Source: Raillietiella orientalis (Eukaryota). From it: a DNA stretch of 64,000 bases. Below are positions 51,510 through 63,240 of this stretch, piece by piece (the first letter of the stretch is position 1; each line of letters starts with the position of its first letter). The notes beneath the pieces were generated by a model. The model saw nothing but the letters and a program-made list of their open reading frames with translations. It searched no databases and was not told the DNA's origin. The stretch covers positions 496,001 through 560,000 of the forward strand of contig JAYWIR010000038.1 of assembly GCA_036172245.1 (NCBI GenBank). The letters run 5' to 3'. The position numbers and the translations under genes were made by a program.

Positions 51510-52619
51510 TCCTATGTATTTTCATTTATTGTGGACAGTCAGTTGGATTTTTCAAATCAAGATGTACTTACTACTGAGTCAGCATTTTCATTACTAAAAA
51601 TATAATTTATACTTAAAAAAAAAAAAACTCAGGTGCCTATTTCTTGTTTTCATTCCAAACGGTAATAGGAATTCACAATTTGGTCATTCACAATGCTGCA
51701 TATGTAGTGATGAGTATCATGCTTGAAAAGAAGAACATGCATGATTTTATTCCATGTTATATACGTTTTCTGTACAGTTATATTTGTGGTCAAAACTTCA
51801 TTGTCTTGGGAGACATTGGATTGTGATGAATGTTTGAGACCAGTTCAAGGATGACAATTTTGATTTGTCCACAAATCCTCACATGTGAAAGTTTTTGTAG
51901 AATAGTCATCCATGTGCTGGCTTGGAGTATCTTTGCTTTTATTTGTTTGATTTATCTGAAACGTAGACCAAGGTTTCTGGCAGGTGGTTATCCTTCGATA
52001 CTTTTACTGTTTCTACAATTCCACAATGAGACATTGTCCTCAGTTGCTTCATGTGCCAACGCCTTCCTTAACTGTATGGGTTGCTTAGTTTTCTGAGAAA
52101 TTCAGCTGTGGGATTGCCTAGTCTCATAGCAATGTGCTTGCCATAACTTCAGTTTACTCCTTGCAATCAATTCGAAAGTTGTAGTTCTTCAGTTTTCTCT
52201 TTTTGTAACTGTTCATTTACAGTTTTAGGTAAGTCACAGAAACCTGCTCAAGTTGGTGCCTCTTTGTTTAAAATCTTATGTGAAAACTAAATTTCTCATA
52301 CACAAAGTCTTTTATCTTTCTAGTTAATGTTGCTACAAGCTGCTGCAGTATTAGTGTTATTTTTTCTTTGTATTGGGCTGAATCTTTGATGTAATTATAA
52401 CCCATTTCCTAATCTCCTGGTTTGTACTTGATTATTAAAACCTATGCAAATAAGACAAGTCATTTTTTTATGTTCACGCAATTCCCATTTTCTGTAGCTT
52501 TGTATTTGTATTATATTCTTTTACTCCAGTGCCCATACATCAGGTGTGATTTTATTTCCTGTAAAATGCATACCTCATTTACATTAAATTGGTGACATTG
52601 GTTAGGTCGGAAAGCACAT

Positions 52620-55500
52620 CATTTCTATGGTTTGCCTTTCCTGCCTATGCAGCTTTCAGTGTTTGGTTTATCTTTTCCTTTGGGTGCAGGTCTGTACTTT
52701 GTTAAGAAAGCATTGGTGCAGTAACATTGGGATTGCGATTTCCTGGTTTACCACTCTCTCGCCGGCTCTGTCTTTCGCCGACTCCTGTGATCCTTTGATG
52801 ATTTTGCTCCTTATCGATAGCTATAGGGAAGCAGGTGAGGTAGATCTGGCTCATTGTATTGTATTGTGTGGAACGCCGCCTTCCCTGGATTCTCTCTGAT
52901 TTGCATTATTATATTCCTGTCTTTGTCTAATGTTGGACAGCTGAGGAAGTGTATTTCAGTTTCCACCTAAGTGCAAGTTGCAAGAAATCCATCTTTCGAG
53001 TCCGCGGTTGTGCCTTACTGACATGGTCCCTCATGAGTCTTCCAGGCATGGCCCACGTTCGACAGGAGGCTGCAACATTATTCGGGATGAAGGTAGATTT
53101 GGATGAACCGGGATTTTCCGGTTCATCCAGAGTTTGGGCTTCCTCTTGGCTTGAGTGTTCAGGATCAAGATTTAGCTTCCATTCGTCGACCATGGCTAGA
53201 TAATATCTCCTTTGGGCATCGGTCTCGTCGTGCTTTTCCGGAATCTTCCAGGCAGCTTCCATTCTTCCTGGACTCGCCTCGTCAGCTACTCGATAAGTTT
53301 GAATTTGTCGAGTAGCAACTTGTTGTACTACAAGACTTCGGCCCTACTTTTTGACTCCGTTGCTTAGAGTGCTTACGATCTCTTCCTGAGCTGTCCTCTC
53401 CAGGACTTTTTTGGAAGAGGTTCATTCCGTGTTGTTGGAAGACTCGTACAGTGGCCTTTGCATCATCATACCTTCTACCTTCATATTCAGCTTCTCAGAT
53501 GTCTGATGACCAATGTCTTTCTCGTTTCCGTTGAGAAACCTCTCTCTGTGGCTGGCATTTGTCTTGTGATGAAATGAGGTTTGTCTTTCACCCTGCTTTC
53601 ACGAAGAGCCTCCCATCTCAGAAGTTCATTCTCACACTGCATCCTTGTGAACTGTCCTGAGGGCGTTTCAGTTCTTGACATCCTAATCTCTGTGCTTTGG
53701 AGGATGTTTCAAGCATGTCATGGTGATCGTCCATTTCTTGATATCCAGGGCCACTTTGTTTTGCGTAGGTTCTCTGTCTCCACGTTCCTTTCGACAGATG
53801 GATGATTCGAAATTCCCATCGTCTCTATGTTCACGTCCGGCCACACGATTGCGCTTAGTCTTCGAGTCAACTGTAAGCATTCTGCCAGCTGATAGTACGT
53901 TGGCACTTACTTTTCATCCTGATGTCCTGTAACATTTGGATCATCGTATAGGTCCTCTTTCTGCAAGGGGTATGCCCTTGTGGGTGATTTGAGAATTTGA
54001 GCAGACCCCCCCAAGGAACGGCGGACATGTATGCGTTTCACATTCGTCCGAAACAAGGGGAGCTTCCCTGAGGAATCGATTCGGATCTTCATTGTTCTTC
54101 CTTCTTTCCCAAAGGCGAAGATTTCTTAGATTAAAGCTGCTGACCAGTATTGCCACTCTCGTGATGCGCTGATTTTCGCAGCTGACACGATGGATCCCTT
54201 GTGCTGTTGGAGCTCATCTACGATGAGCTGGTCATATGAGCCTCCCAGAGGCAGCTGATCTTGCTGTCCTACTGTCATATCATACTCTTCCTTTTATTGA
54301 TGCAATAGAGCCTGCTATGGTTCCAATATGTGATCTTATCATAACCATGGACGTGAAGCAGGAATGGAAGGACGCCGATTGTTGGATGTTAGATGTCTTG
54401 CCTTACCCGGAGGTGTTCATCTTTTCCCCATTCAACTGTTATCGCATAGTCAGTTCTTTCTTGTGGGTCCTAGGCTTGAAAGTTCTCCAGCTGTTCCTTG
54501 GAGTTCCTTAGGGGTTTCTCTTTCTTGAAATCTGTTCCATGCAGGCCTCTTTCTATGTTCGGTTCATCTTAGGTGCCCTCTGATGTCCCCGCCTATGGGC
54601 GTTCACTCTGGGTGATGAAGCTGTTGATTTTCCCCCTAATTATATAAGTGTTACTGATCGAGTCGTTTTGCACTTCGTACCCCCTCTCTCCCCCATCGAA
54701 TAAGTCCTAGAACCTCGTGTAGGTCGTAGTCCGAAGTTCGGACTTCTCTCTTTTTCTCTGACAATGCTCTTTTGCGTTTTCTAATGGATTGGTTCTGCCG
54801 TCCACAATGCTCGTCTCTACCGAACTACATTTTTGGTGTTATCTGAGCTTGGGATGTCTTCTGTTTCGCTAAACATGCTTCGACCATCATCCGCTCCTTT
54901 TCATTTGGATCATTGCTTTTCCCTCGTCTTGAGTCGTGTGGGTCTGTTTCATCAGTGTGGTTTTCTTTTACCGTTTCTCCCCTCCCGTCCTGATTCGACG
55001 CCTTCCCTTCTTGACTGTATTCCTCCGCATTAGATTCTCCTCTTGGGCGGAATGCTTCCCGACGCATTGAGTACCCTTCATCCGTGTCGTTTCTGGGCAG
55101 TTCTTTGAGCGGCAAACTTCGCCCGTTTTCGTGCGCCGAATCCTTGACAAAGGCAGCTCTGTATACACGATCGTGTAGGAGAGGTGCCCTTACTTTTTTC
55201 CACCGCGCACATGAGTTTCTGGCGACATCCCCACGTCATAAGCTCTCCTACCAGCATGTTGATGCGTTCCCGTAAGCTGCCTGCAGCACTCTTGGTTCGT
55301 CGTCTACGAATAGCAAGCTGGATGTTTGCGGTGTTCTCTCGCGGTCTCATTTCCAGTGCTGCACATCCTGAGAAAGTGTTCCTTCAGGGTGTTTGCATCT
55401 GCATGTTCTTGATCTCCCCAAACTGGGAAGGATGATGATGCTTACAGCTAGCGAGAGGACCCATGGAGACACCCAAAGGTTGCTACGTTTCCATCTATTC
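52620..55500 (-). mobile_element. Heavily degraded non-LTR retrotransposon, probably RLE type (R4-like)
   Basis: Ordered remnants on the minus strand: DDPN..PTYYQL (RPI..PT.YKL-like), VALDIKK, RGF, YDD, CRTW..DHV (CCHC-like), EPDL..EIAIP..TKY (PD-D/ExK-like); all frameshifted. Confidence 0.5.
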
Positions 55501-57779
55501 CTCCGAGTGCCTCTTCTTTTTGGATAGAATTTCCTTTTTCGGTTCATTCCTCCCTTGACTGGGGGCTGTTAGTAAAGATGGAACTCCGCCTTGTTTCTCG
55601 CCCCAAACTAACAGCGGCTTAATGGAGCCCATCTTCCTCGAGTGTGATGCAAACTCAATCTCCCGCGCGTTCTGCTTGTTTCATGTTCTCACCGAGAAGA
55701 TAACTCTTCCTGGCTTTCCCCCCGTGCATATCATCGGTGTGTGTGTCCACGTGCGGTGTGACCTTGCTGTTTGTTGGAACCTCCTGCCGTGACATGGCAC
55801 GCGTACCCACGTCCGCCTTTGGGGTGGGGTTCAAATCCGGAACATCGAAATCCCGAAAGATCGTAAGACAGAAATCTTTACTGTATGTATTAATATATAT
55901 TATTAAGATTACAAAAATGAATATATTTATATATATATAATTTACATATAGATTGATATGCACATTCATTTTAACATACGTACTGATCAATATTTGTTGA
56001 TATACGTGTTGCAGTTGTTTCCCAGAATTCAAAACGGACTGCAGAATACAGAGAGGATGGGATCGAACGCTATTTGTTTCCGGTAAAGTACAGTCGGCAT
56101 TTTTCTGCTGTTTTTTCTTCTTCTTCTTCCTCTGTGCAATGTGGTCCATACCCTTCCTTATACTGACTCACGTCGCCCCACTCTCCGGAGAGGTGCGATG
56201 AAGTGGTCCAAATGGCGGAGCGCCTCGGGACAAATGTGGACAACCACAGGGTTGACCTTCGGCAGCATCCCTGCTCCTCTCTTCCATCTCGTTTCTGGAG
56301 CACTCCTTCAGGAGTTAACGGCGCCGTAAATCTGCTACGTCCCTGCTATTCATTAATTGATTTGTTTGCTCAGCAGAAGACTGACTTTTTTTTTTATGAG
56401 ATGCTGTGCTTTTGATGTGTCCTGGAGTACCCAGGATGAAGAGATTTCGCTTCTTCCATCCTAGACGTGCAGGGCCATTATGCAGACGATTAGCCGATCG
56501 CTTTCTGAAGAAACCTCTTACCATACTCTTGATTAATCATGGGATAGTGGCTCTCGGTGTGGAAAAACCGTTCTAAAAAAAAGATGAAAGGCTCACTCTA
56601 GAACGGGGCCTTCTTGTTGGCACTCCTGTTTCTGGTTGGAAAGCTTTGCATGGATTATAGAGTCCACTCATTGCAAACCACATGCAACCATTGCAGAATT
56701 TATGCTGGGAGTCCTCAAACCTGAACTTTGTAACTGACATGCTTGCGGTGACCCTTATTGCACGCATTGATGTTGAAGGGCATTTGAATGGAATGAACAG
56801 AAGATAGGGGGAAAAGCAGTGCAGGCTCTAAGGATGTTGAATTTCTTTATGTGGCGATTACACTAATTAGCTTCCATTTTGTCAGGAGATACCAATAAAA
56901 CGGTAATTAGTAGGGTACTTTCATAAGCATTTTCCCACCAGGGTGTGGTCCAAGCACATCTTCCGGATAAAATTGTTTTTACCTCACCCCCCCCCCTCCA
57001 AAAAAAAAAAAGAGAAAAATCATGAAGTTTTCATTCACAGTGTATTTTACCAACCTCATGAGTGATTTGAATTGTATTAGTTAGCAGGAATCATTAGGGA
57101 GAAGGCGGTGTATCGTTTTCCAAGGTCTTGAAGGATCTTGAAGTCTCTTGAAGCGTTAATGTGTGTCTGATTGGATGTGCTTTTCGGATTCACACATACC
57201 GCAGGGTTATTTTCGTGCATCTTCGACCAAGCATTTTGCATTACGAGTTGTGTTTTTTTGATGGGGAGGAGGGACGTGAGGAAAAAGAGACGAAAGGGGA
57301 GAGGGGGAGAAGGATTCCTCGTACTGTGAAGACTTCCAGGTGAACCACATTCTCGTGAGCGTCATCATTCTCGCGTAAATGTGGTTCACTGTTTTGCGTT
57401 TCCTCCGCCCATTCGATGTGGATACACTGAACCTCCGCGCTCCGTTCTCCATATTAGCGCTGTGCTTCGGTGACCTCCGGTGGATGCGACATCAGAAGCT
57501 CTAGGAACAGTGTTCGACTTCGGTGTATCGTGTCGTGTTTGCAGGGTTCCCCCCCCCTCCCCGCTTTCTTTCTTGAGCCGCCTCAGAGGGGAGCTTCAGC
57601 GATTTGCAGCTGATCCGGCAGTGAGCCTTCATGGAAAGAAGATCGCTTTATTTTTTCCACCTCCAATTTTTCATTTTGAATCCATCGTCTCTTGGCAATC
57701 GCCCTGACAGTTCATCTTGAGCGATGTACCGTGGTGTGCGCATTTGACTGATCCGTCATGAACGTGGGGGCTGCTGTGC

Positions 57780-57960
57780 ATGCCCTTTCTAGCGTCACCT
57801 CACGCAGCCTTGTTTCGGCGCAAAACCCGAGCCTATGATCCCGTGAATCCATGGTTTTTCCCAAGTTCTCTCCCTTCGGTGGCTGTAGGTATCCTTTGTT
57901 CCTCGCGTCCCTGCCTTTCTCTCCCAACTCTCCGTAATTCTTCATCGTTTCCGGAAGCAG
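57780..57960 (+). pseudogene. Frameshifted BAF-like unit
   Basis: SPHAALFRRKTRAYDPV is in register with SPSFDVFCKCTSMKSPI; after a frameshift IHGFSQVLSLR matches BAF [11 protein letters not shown]. Confidence 0.5.
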
Positions 57961-58270
57961 AAAGTTTCTCTGGATCGTGGGTTGATTACCACCTGGAGCG
58001 GCTGTGGCTTTTTCACGGACCGACATCTGACAGTTCGTCTGCTTCCCATGTGATCATCAGATGGAGCATTTTAAAACATGGTGTCTTTGCATTGTACAAG
58101 GTACACGAGTGCAAAGTGTAAGGGAACAGAAGGCGACTTGTTTCAGTCTTATGCTGAATCCAGTTCGAATCCGGAACACACACCTATTCAGATGAAAAGC
58201 TCACTTGAATTGTGGCTGAGGAATCTTCCTTCCTTCCTTATTTCGACCATATCACTAGGAGCACACAAGA

Positions 58271-58573
58271 GTGCTTGTAGATCCTGTCTTCCAGGTCGCT
58301 GAAGTAGACGGGGAACTTCACTATGTGTGTACTACCACCGGTCACCTTTTTTTTTTTTTTTTTTTTTTTCTCTGTGACCGGGAGAAGCACCTTGAAAAAC
58401 TGCTGCAGATTTTCTTCCTAATGGCGAAAGTAACGAGCACGGAAGAAACATTTCCGGTTCCCCTTCCAGAAGCACTCACTTTGTTTAATCCAAATGTCAG
58501 TCGCATTTTTTCTTCTTCTTCTGCTTTCCCCGCTTTCCTGGTTGCTCGTGGCAGGCAGAATTCTTTGAAATGA
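58271..58573 (+). pseudogene. BAF-like unit interrupted by a poly-T tract
   Basis: DPVFQVAEVDGELHYVCTTTG is in register with SPISQIPGMNLILNAVLESQG; HLEKLLQIFFL resembles TIEQLYSLWLL. Confidence 0.45.
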
Positions 58574-58820
58574 GATGCTCGAATGTATTATAAAATGGAA
58601 GTGCATCTAAAAAACGTCGAGACAAACTTAGCTATTAGATTCCATTTTGGAACATTTTCCAGAATTCCCTTGTTTACTGAGGATAGATACTGCAGGCACC
58701 ATTCTAGCAGATGTTCGTTTTTCTTTCTTTTTTTCTTTTCGAGCAACGTCAGCAGACTTGATCTGAAAATCCCCATCATCTCCGATTCTGGATGCTGTGT
58801 GAAAAAAGAACAGATAACCA

Positions 58821-59147
58821 ATGGAGGTGAGGTTCGTGACGACAACTTCAGAAGTAAAGTGCCTCGGTGTAGGGCGCAGGCACGCAACAGAAGCTCCTAC
58901 CCACGGTGTTCAAAACGCGGATGTCTTCCGTTGGGAAGATATAGAGGAATACAAAACACACACAAATTACTGGAGGGTTCTTGCGCGGGTGGTGGCGGTC
59001 CAAAGTCGACGTGGGTTTGCTTCTCTGTCAGGGGACAAAGAACGTGGCATGCCAATCAGCTCGGAGGCTCAGCCTAGACATATCGGGGAATCTGTGACAG
59101 GAATCCTCCGTGAGCTCTGGTTGATGCCAGGCACTTGCGAGTCGTAG
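58821..59147 (+). CDS. BAF-like ORF, 108 aa (gene or recent pseudogene)
   Basis: GVGRRHATEAPTHGVQNADV is in register with BAF [20 protein letters not shown], and AVQSRRGFASL with AKQSRDCFGCL; short internal deletions relative to BAF. Confidence 0.55.
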   Translation: MEVRFVTTTSEVKCLGVGRRHATEAPTHGVQNADVFRWEDIEEYKTHTNYWRVLARVVAVQSRRGFASLSGDKERGMPISSEAQPRHIGESVTGILRELWLMPGTCES

Positions 59148-59820
59148 GTGTGCACTGAGGTGGGTGTGTGCTGCGCCTTGCTCAGGGAATGCCGTCACCG
59201 CTGCCGGGGGGGAACACGCGCATTCCCGGGTCACGTGACTGGATCAGACGAAGCGAAACCCGATGGGTAGATCCCGCATCGCCGTTTTGATCCTGGGGCC
59301 GCTGCAAATGCGGTACGAGACTCGGGGAAGGTGGGCACGAGTGGCTGTTGTTATCCTTGCTAGCCGACAACCGAAGCTTTCATCCCTTCATTATGATGGG
59401 AAGCGATCCTAAGAATTTAGGAAATTGCCGAAAGCACGGTTATCAGTGCCAGCAAACAGCTGATTGAAAGTGGACTATTAATAGCTGGTTGCCGGGTATA
59501 AGGAATGAAAGACCTGCCGCTCTTGAAAAAAAAAAAAAAAAACAGGAAAAGAAATGTTGTTTTTTCTGCCCTTTTAAGGAACATTTTACGTTTTATAATT
59601 AGTCACAGTGCAGTCAGTTGCGACCGAGTAACTGTACAGGAGATGCCAAGTTATTAATATGCTAGGAGATCATTTATCAGAAACACTTGCGAGCCACCAT
59701 TCAAAGTTACCTTTCTCTATGCGGGAAAATGAAAAGCCGCCACCCGGTCAGTTTGGCTCCGGGGTTCGTGATTCCTGATAAAGCGTGCCTGCCATGTCCA
59801 TGAACGAAGGAACGGGAAAG

Positions 59821-60742
59821 TACGGGGCGCATCTCGAAAGTAAGGGTCCATCGGATATAAGGAAAGAAAGAGCAAACAAGAGAAACAAAAATATGCATTG
59901 GTGGTTCGAAACACGTACATCCCCGTGCCGTTTTTCTACGAGGTCACCATTTTTCCCCTTTGTACACTTTCGATACCGTGGAAGAAGCTCTTTTTGAAAC
60001 CCTCTGCATCAAATTCTGCCTCCTGGGAGTTCAGGCAGTTCAGCAGCACTGCAGTTTTGCACTCCTCACTTTCCCCCTCGAGTCGCTGAGCCACTTCTGG
60101 AGGTGCGGGAAGGAAGACGTGGTGGTAGTCACTAGGCAGGACTGATGGAGAGGTTCCCGTTTGAATTGTCTGGAAATGTCTGGAACGTGCGGACAACAGG
60201 GTGTGGGACTCAAGAGTGTGTGCTTTTGGTGGACTTTATGGAGCCTGGAACAACCATCACTTCGCAAGTCTACTGTGCAGAAACACTTTGGAAACGGCGG
60301 CGTGTCATTCAGAACCGACGACGTGGAATGCTGACATCAGGAATCGTTCTTCTCCTTCACAACAACGCGCGCCTTGGCAACGCATGCTGTCTTCACGTTC
60401 CAGACATTTCCAGACAATTCAAACGGGAACCTCTCCATCAGTCCTGCCTAGTGACTACCACCACGTCTTCCTTCCCGCACCTCCAGAAGTGGCTCAACGA
60501 CTCGAGGGGGACAGTGAGGAGTTGCAAACTGCAGTGCTGATGGGCTGCCTGAACTCCCAGGAGGCAGAATTTGATGCAGAGGGTTTCAAAAAGAGCTTCT
60601 TCCACGGTATCGAAAGTGTTTGGGTGAAAAATGGTGAAATGGCACGGGGATGCTTAGAACCACCAATGCATTTTTTTCCCCTCCTATTTGTTCTTTCTTT
60701 CTTCCTATCCGATCGGCCCTTACTTCTGAGATGAGCCTCGTG
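59821..60742. mobile_element. Non-autonomous mariner derivative with ~360-380 bp inverted arms
   Basis: Centre encodes VLLVDFMEPGTTITSQVYC..IQNRRRGMLTSGIVLLLHNNAR; arms encode PSDYH..EELQTAV..AEGFKK in opposite orientations; ends TACGGGGCGCATCTCGAAAGTAAGG and CCTTACTTCTGAGATGAGCCTCGTG. Confidence 0.9.
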
Positions 60743-61045
60743 TCTCCAGCGAAGTGCATCGAGATGTGGGATCGAGATGCACTGAAGACGGTGTGATTAA
60801 CTGGAAAGCAAATCACAGCGAAGATGGGTGTCACTCGACTCTTGGAGGGATTGCATATTCGGGTCCAGCTTTGCGCTCATCATACCCTTCCTATACCCTG
60901 CATGGGCACAAGTAGAACGAGCGCCTCTTTTTCCTCAAAACGTCGCATCCGGTTGCAAGCTGGTGTGGAAGCGCCAGCTCGCTTGCAATCGGATGTGGCC
61001 TCTTTTCTTTACAGGAGCAAGAAAAATTGTTTAATCTCGACTCCT

Positions 61046-61243
61046 CCGTGTTTTTCAGACGCCTTTTTTTTGTTTACAAGCCGAGCAACCCATTCGTTTA
61101 TGGTTTACTCAGTCTACGTGCTCCCGTGTGTGCATGACACGCGAATAGCTGGGGCGTCTGCAGCCAGAATCGCCAGGATGGATTACCTGTTTGATTTTGG
61201 CCAAGGTTTCGAGACTTGTAAAGATTTATTCGAAACCGCTTGA
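61046..61243 (+). pseudogene. BAF-like unit (C-terminal part of ORF 60824-61243)
   Basis: SDAFFLF matches SEAFWSF. Removing an apparent VYS/VYV micro-duplication puts VLPCV on TIPGV and KDLFE on BAF EDLFR. Confidence 0.55.
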
Positions 61244-62289
61244 GAGGAATTCCCGGGAGCTTTTTGGCTGACTCCAAGAGTACAAAGGAAGTGTCAGTGA
61301 GCAGGGAACTGGCGCCACGAGCCTTGGAATCGTCCGATGGATCCGACACCAAAAACACTTCTTTGCTTGCTCATTCTTATTCCACACTGTGTCCTTACAG
61401 AATCAGTACTTATGAGAATTTTCTAAAACTCTTTTGTCTCGTAACAGTGGATTGGTACGACCATTTTTTTTCCATCTTCAAGAGTCTCAGATCGGAAAGC
61501 GCTTAAAACAGCTCCCGAAATCATTTCCAGAGTTACATACCGAATGATCCGGGAACCTATGAGGAGCATCTAAACCCCCTCCTCCCCCCCTTTTTTTTTT
61601 TTGAGCGAGGCTAATGCCATAGACCAGTAGAAGGGAACTCGTTCAGATGAAACCCAGGTTCTTGCAGCCGAAGTTCATCTTTCAACAGATGCGAAACGGT
61701 ACTTTGGAAGCTGGATGTGTTTTCCCTGATTCCGGAATTTCAGAATTTGCGCATTCTGTGGAATTTTTAACTCTTAGATTTTCATGAAAACAAAAAAAAC
61801 AAAAAATTGATCTTTACGTGACAGCCTCCTTTTGATGGCACCGAGAGGTTTGGCAGGGAGGCGAAAACCTGAACGCGGCAGTGGAAAAGCTGTAGGGAGC
61901 ATCCTATTTGCAGCAGCACGGCCACATTCCTCTTTTTTTTTTTTTTGCAAGCAGTAACTGTCAGCAAGATGCTTTGCCACTTCTCCCGTTGGTCGGTGCA
62001 ACAACAGTCAGCAGGAACTTTCCGAAAGTGATCCATGCATCCACTCCTGGAGACCATCCTTTTGCCCAAAGCAAACCACTCGCCATATACACTGTGGATG
62101 CTCATTTTCGACCGACACCCTATTCCCTACAAGCACGCTGTGTGCTCAAGTCTTCGTGTTGGTTACATCCCGCGTGGGTGCAATGTCGAGTTTCCTGCAT
62201 CTTCTCGAAAAGGAATAATTTTCGGCCGGATTGAAAAATGCAAAAAAAACGGCTTCCAAGGACACAGGTTTGATTTTGAGGAGCATGCC

Positions 62290-62460
62290 GCCTAAGGATC
62301 CCTGACTTGAAGGCAGCATTCGATACGGAAGATCTCAATTCATTCGTCACACCCTGATGAAACTCTGTCTTCTGGTGCTCACTCACCTGTGTCCGAGGAA
62401 TTCCTGGCACCTCACCGGGAGTGTCAGTGCACCTGACAACACCTCCACTTTCCACGTGTG
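62290..62460 (-). pseudogene. Frameshifted BAF-like unit
   Basis: EVPGIPRTQVSEHQKTEFHQ is in register with TIPGVSSRILQLLSRRGFRQ; LPV lies just upstream in the adjacent frame. Confidence 0.42.
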
Positions 62461-63240
62461 ATGCAGTGTTTTAACGCTGCCTAACATTGTTTCAGGAGGT
62501 TTCCACGACTTTTTTTTTTCCGATCCCATGTTTCCCAATGAGCTCCCTGATTCGGGAACCCCGGAGGGAGGTAGACTTACCCACACCGAAGAACCCATCT
62601 TTCGGAAATGAACCCAAAAATCAGAAGTTTCGTATACACCTCCTTACGATGTTCACTTGCAGAGACTTATTGTACGATTTCCTCTAGAAAGCCAAACTTC
62701 CATCGGTGCTTTTATCGGTAGCATATCAAAGGAAGGAAGGTTTCGTGCAACTCTCGAGGAGCACGCGGAACTAGGAGCTCTACTAAATTGCGAATACGTA
62801 GTATTTTTATTTTTTGACAATGAACGTATACTGAATAATCATTAATTCCCTTTCAAGGAATTGTGCGAAAGAACGCAGGAATGCCTTTCTTGCTGAGGAG
62901 TCAGTTTCTTACCTCTAATCTCCTCCTACCCTGCCAATCCGTTGCACGCAGGAACAAACCGTTGCTTTTGTCTTGGCATGCTGGTTCTAGTAGTTTCTCC
63001 CGAGGATCCCGTATAACTCAGGCCTGGATACGTCAGAGTTCCCGATGTATGCAGCAATCTCTACAGAATATATACCAAACGTCTGTGTTGAGGGTTTTCA
63101 TCCTCTGTTGTGTGGAAACACTAAAATGTTCACCTATATAAGGGGGCACCGCAGTTTTTCTTTCTTTCTTCCTTCATAGAGAGTCAGGGACAGTGCAACA
63201 TTGCTCCTGATTTAGTTTGACGAGTTTTTTGTGCCTTGAG

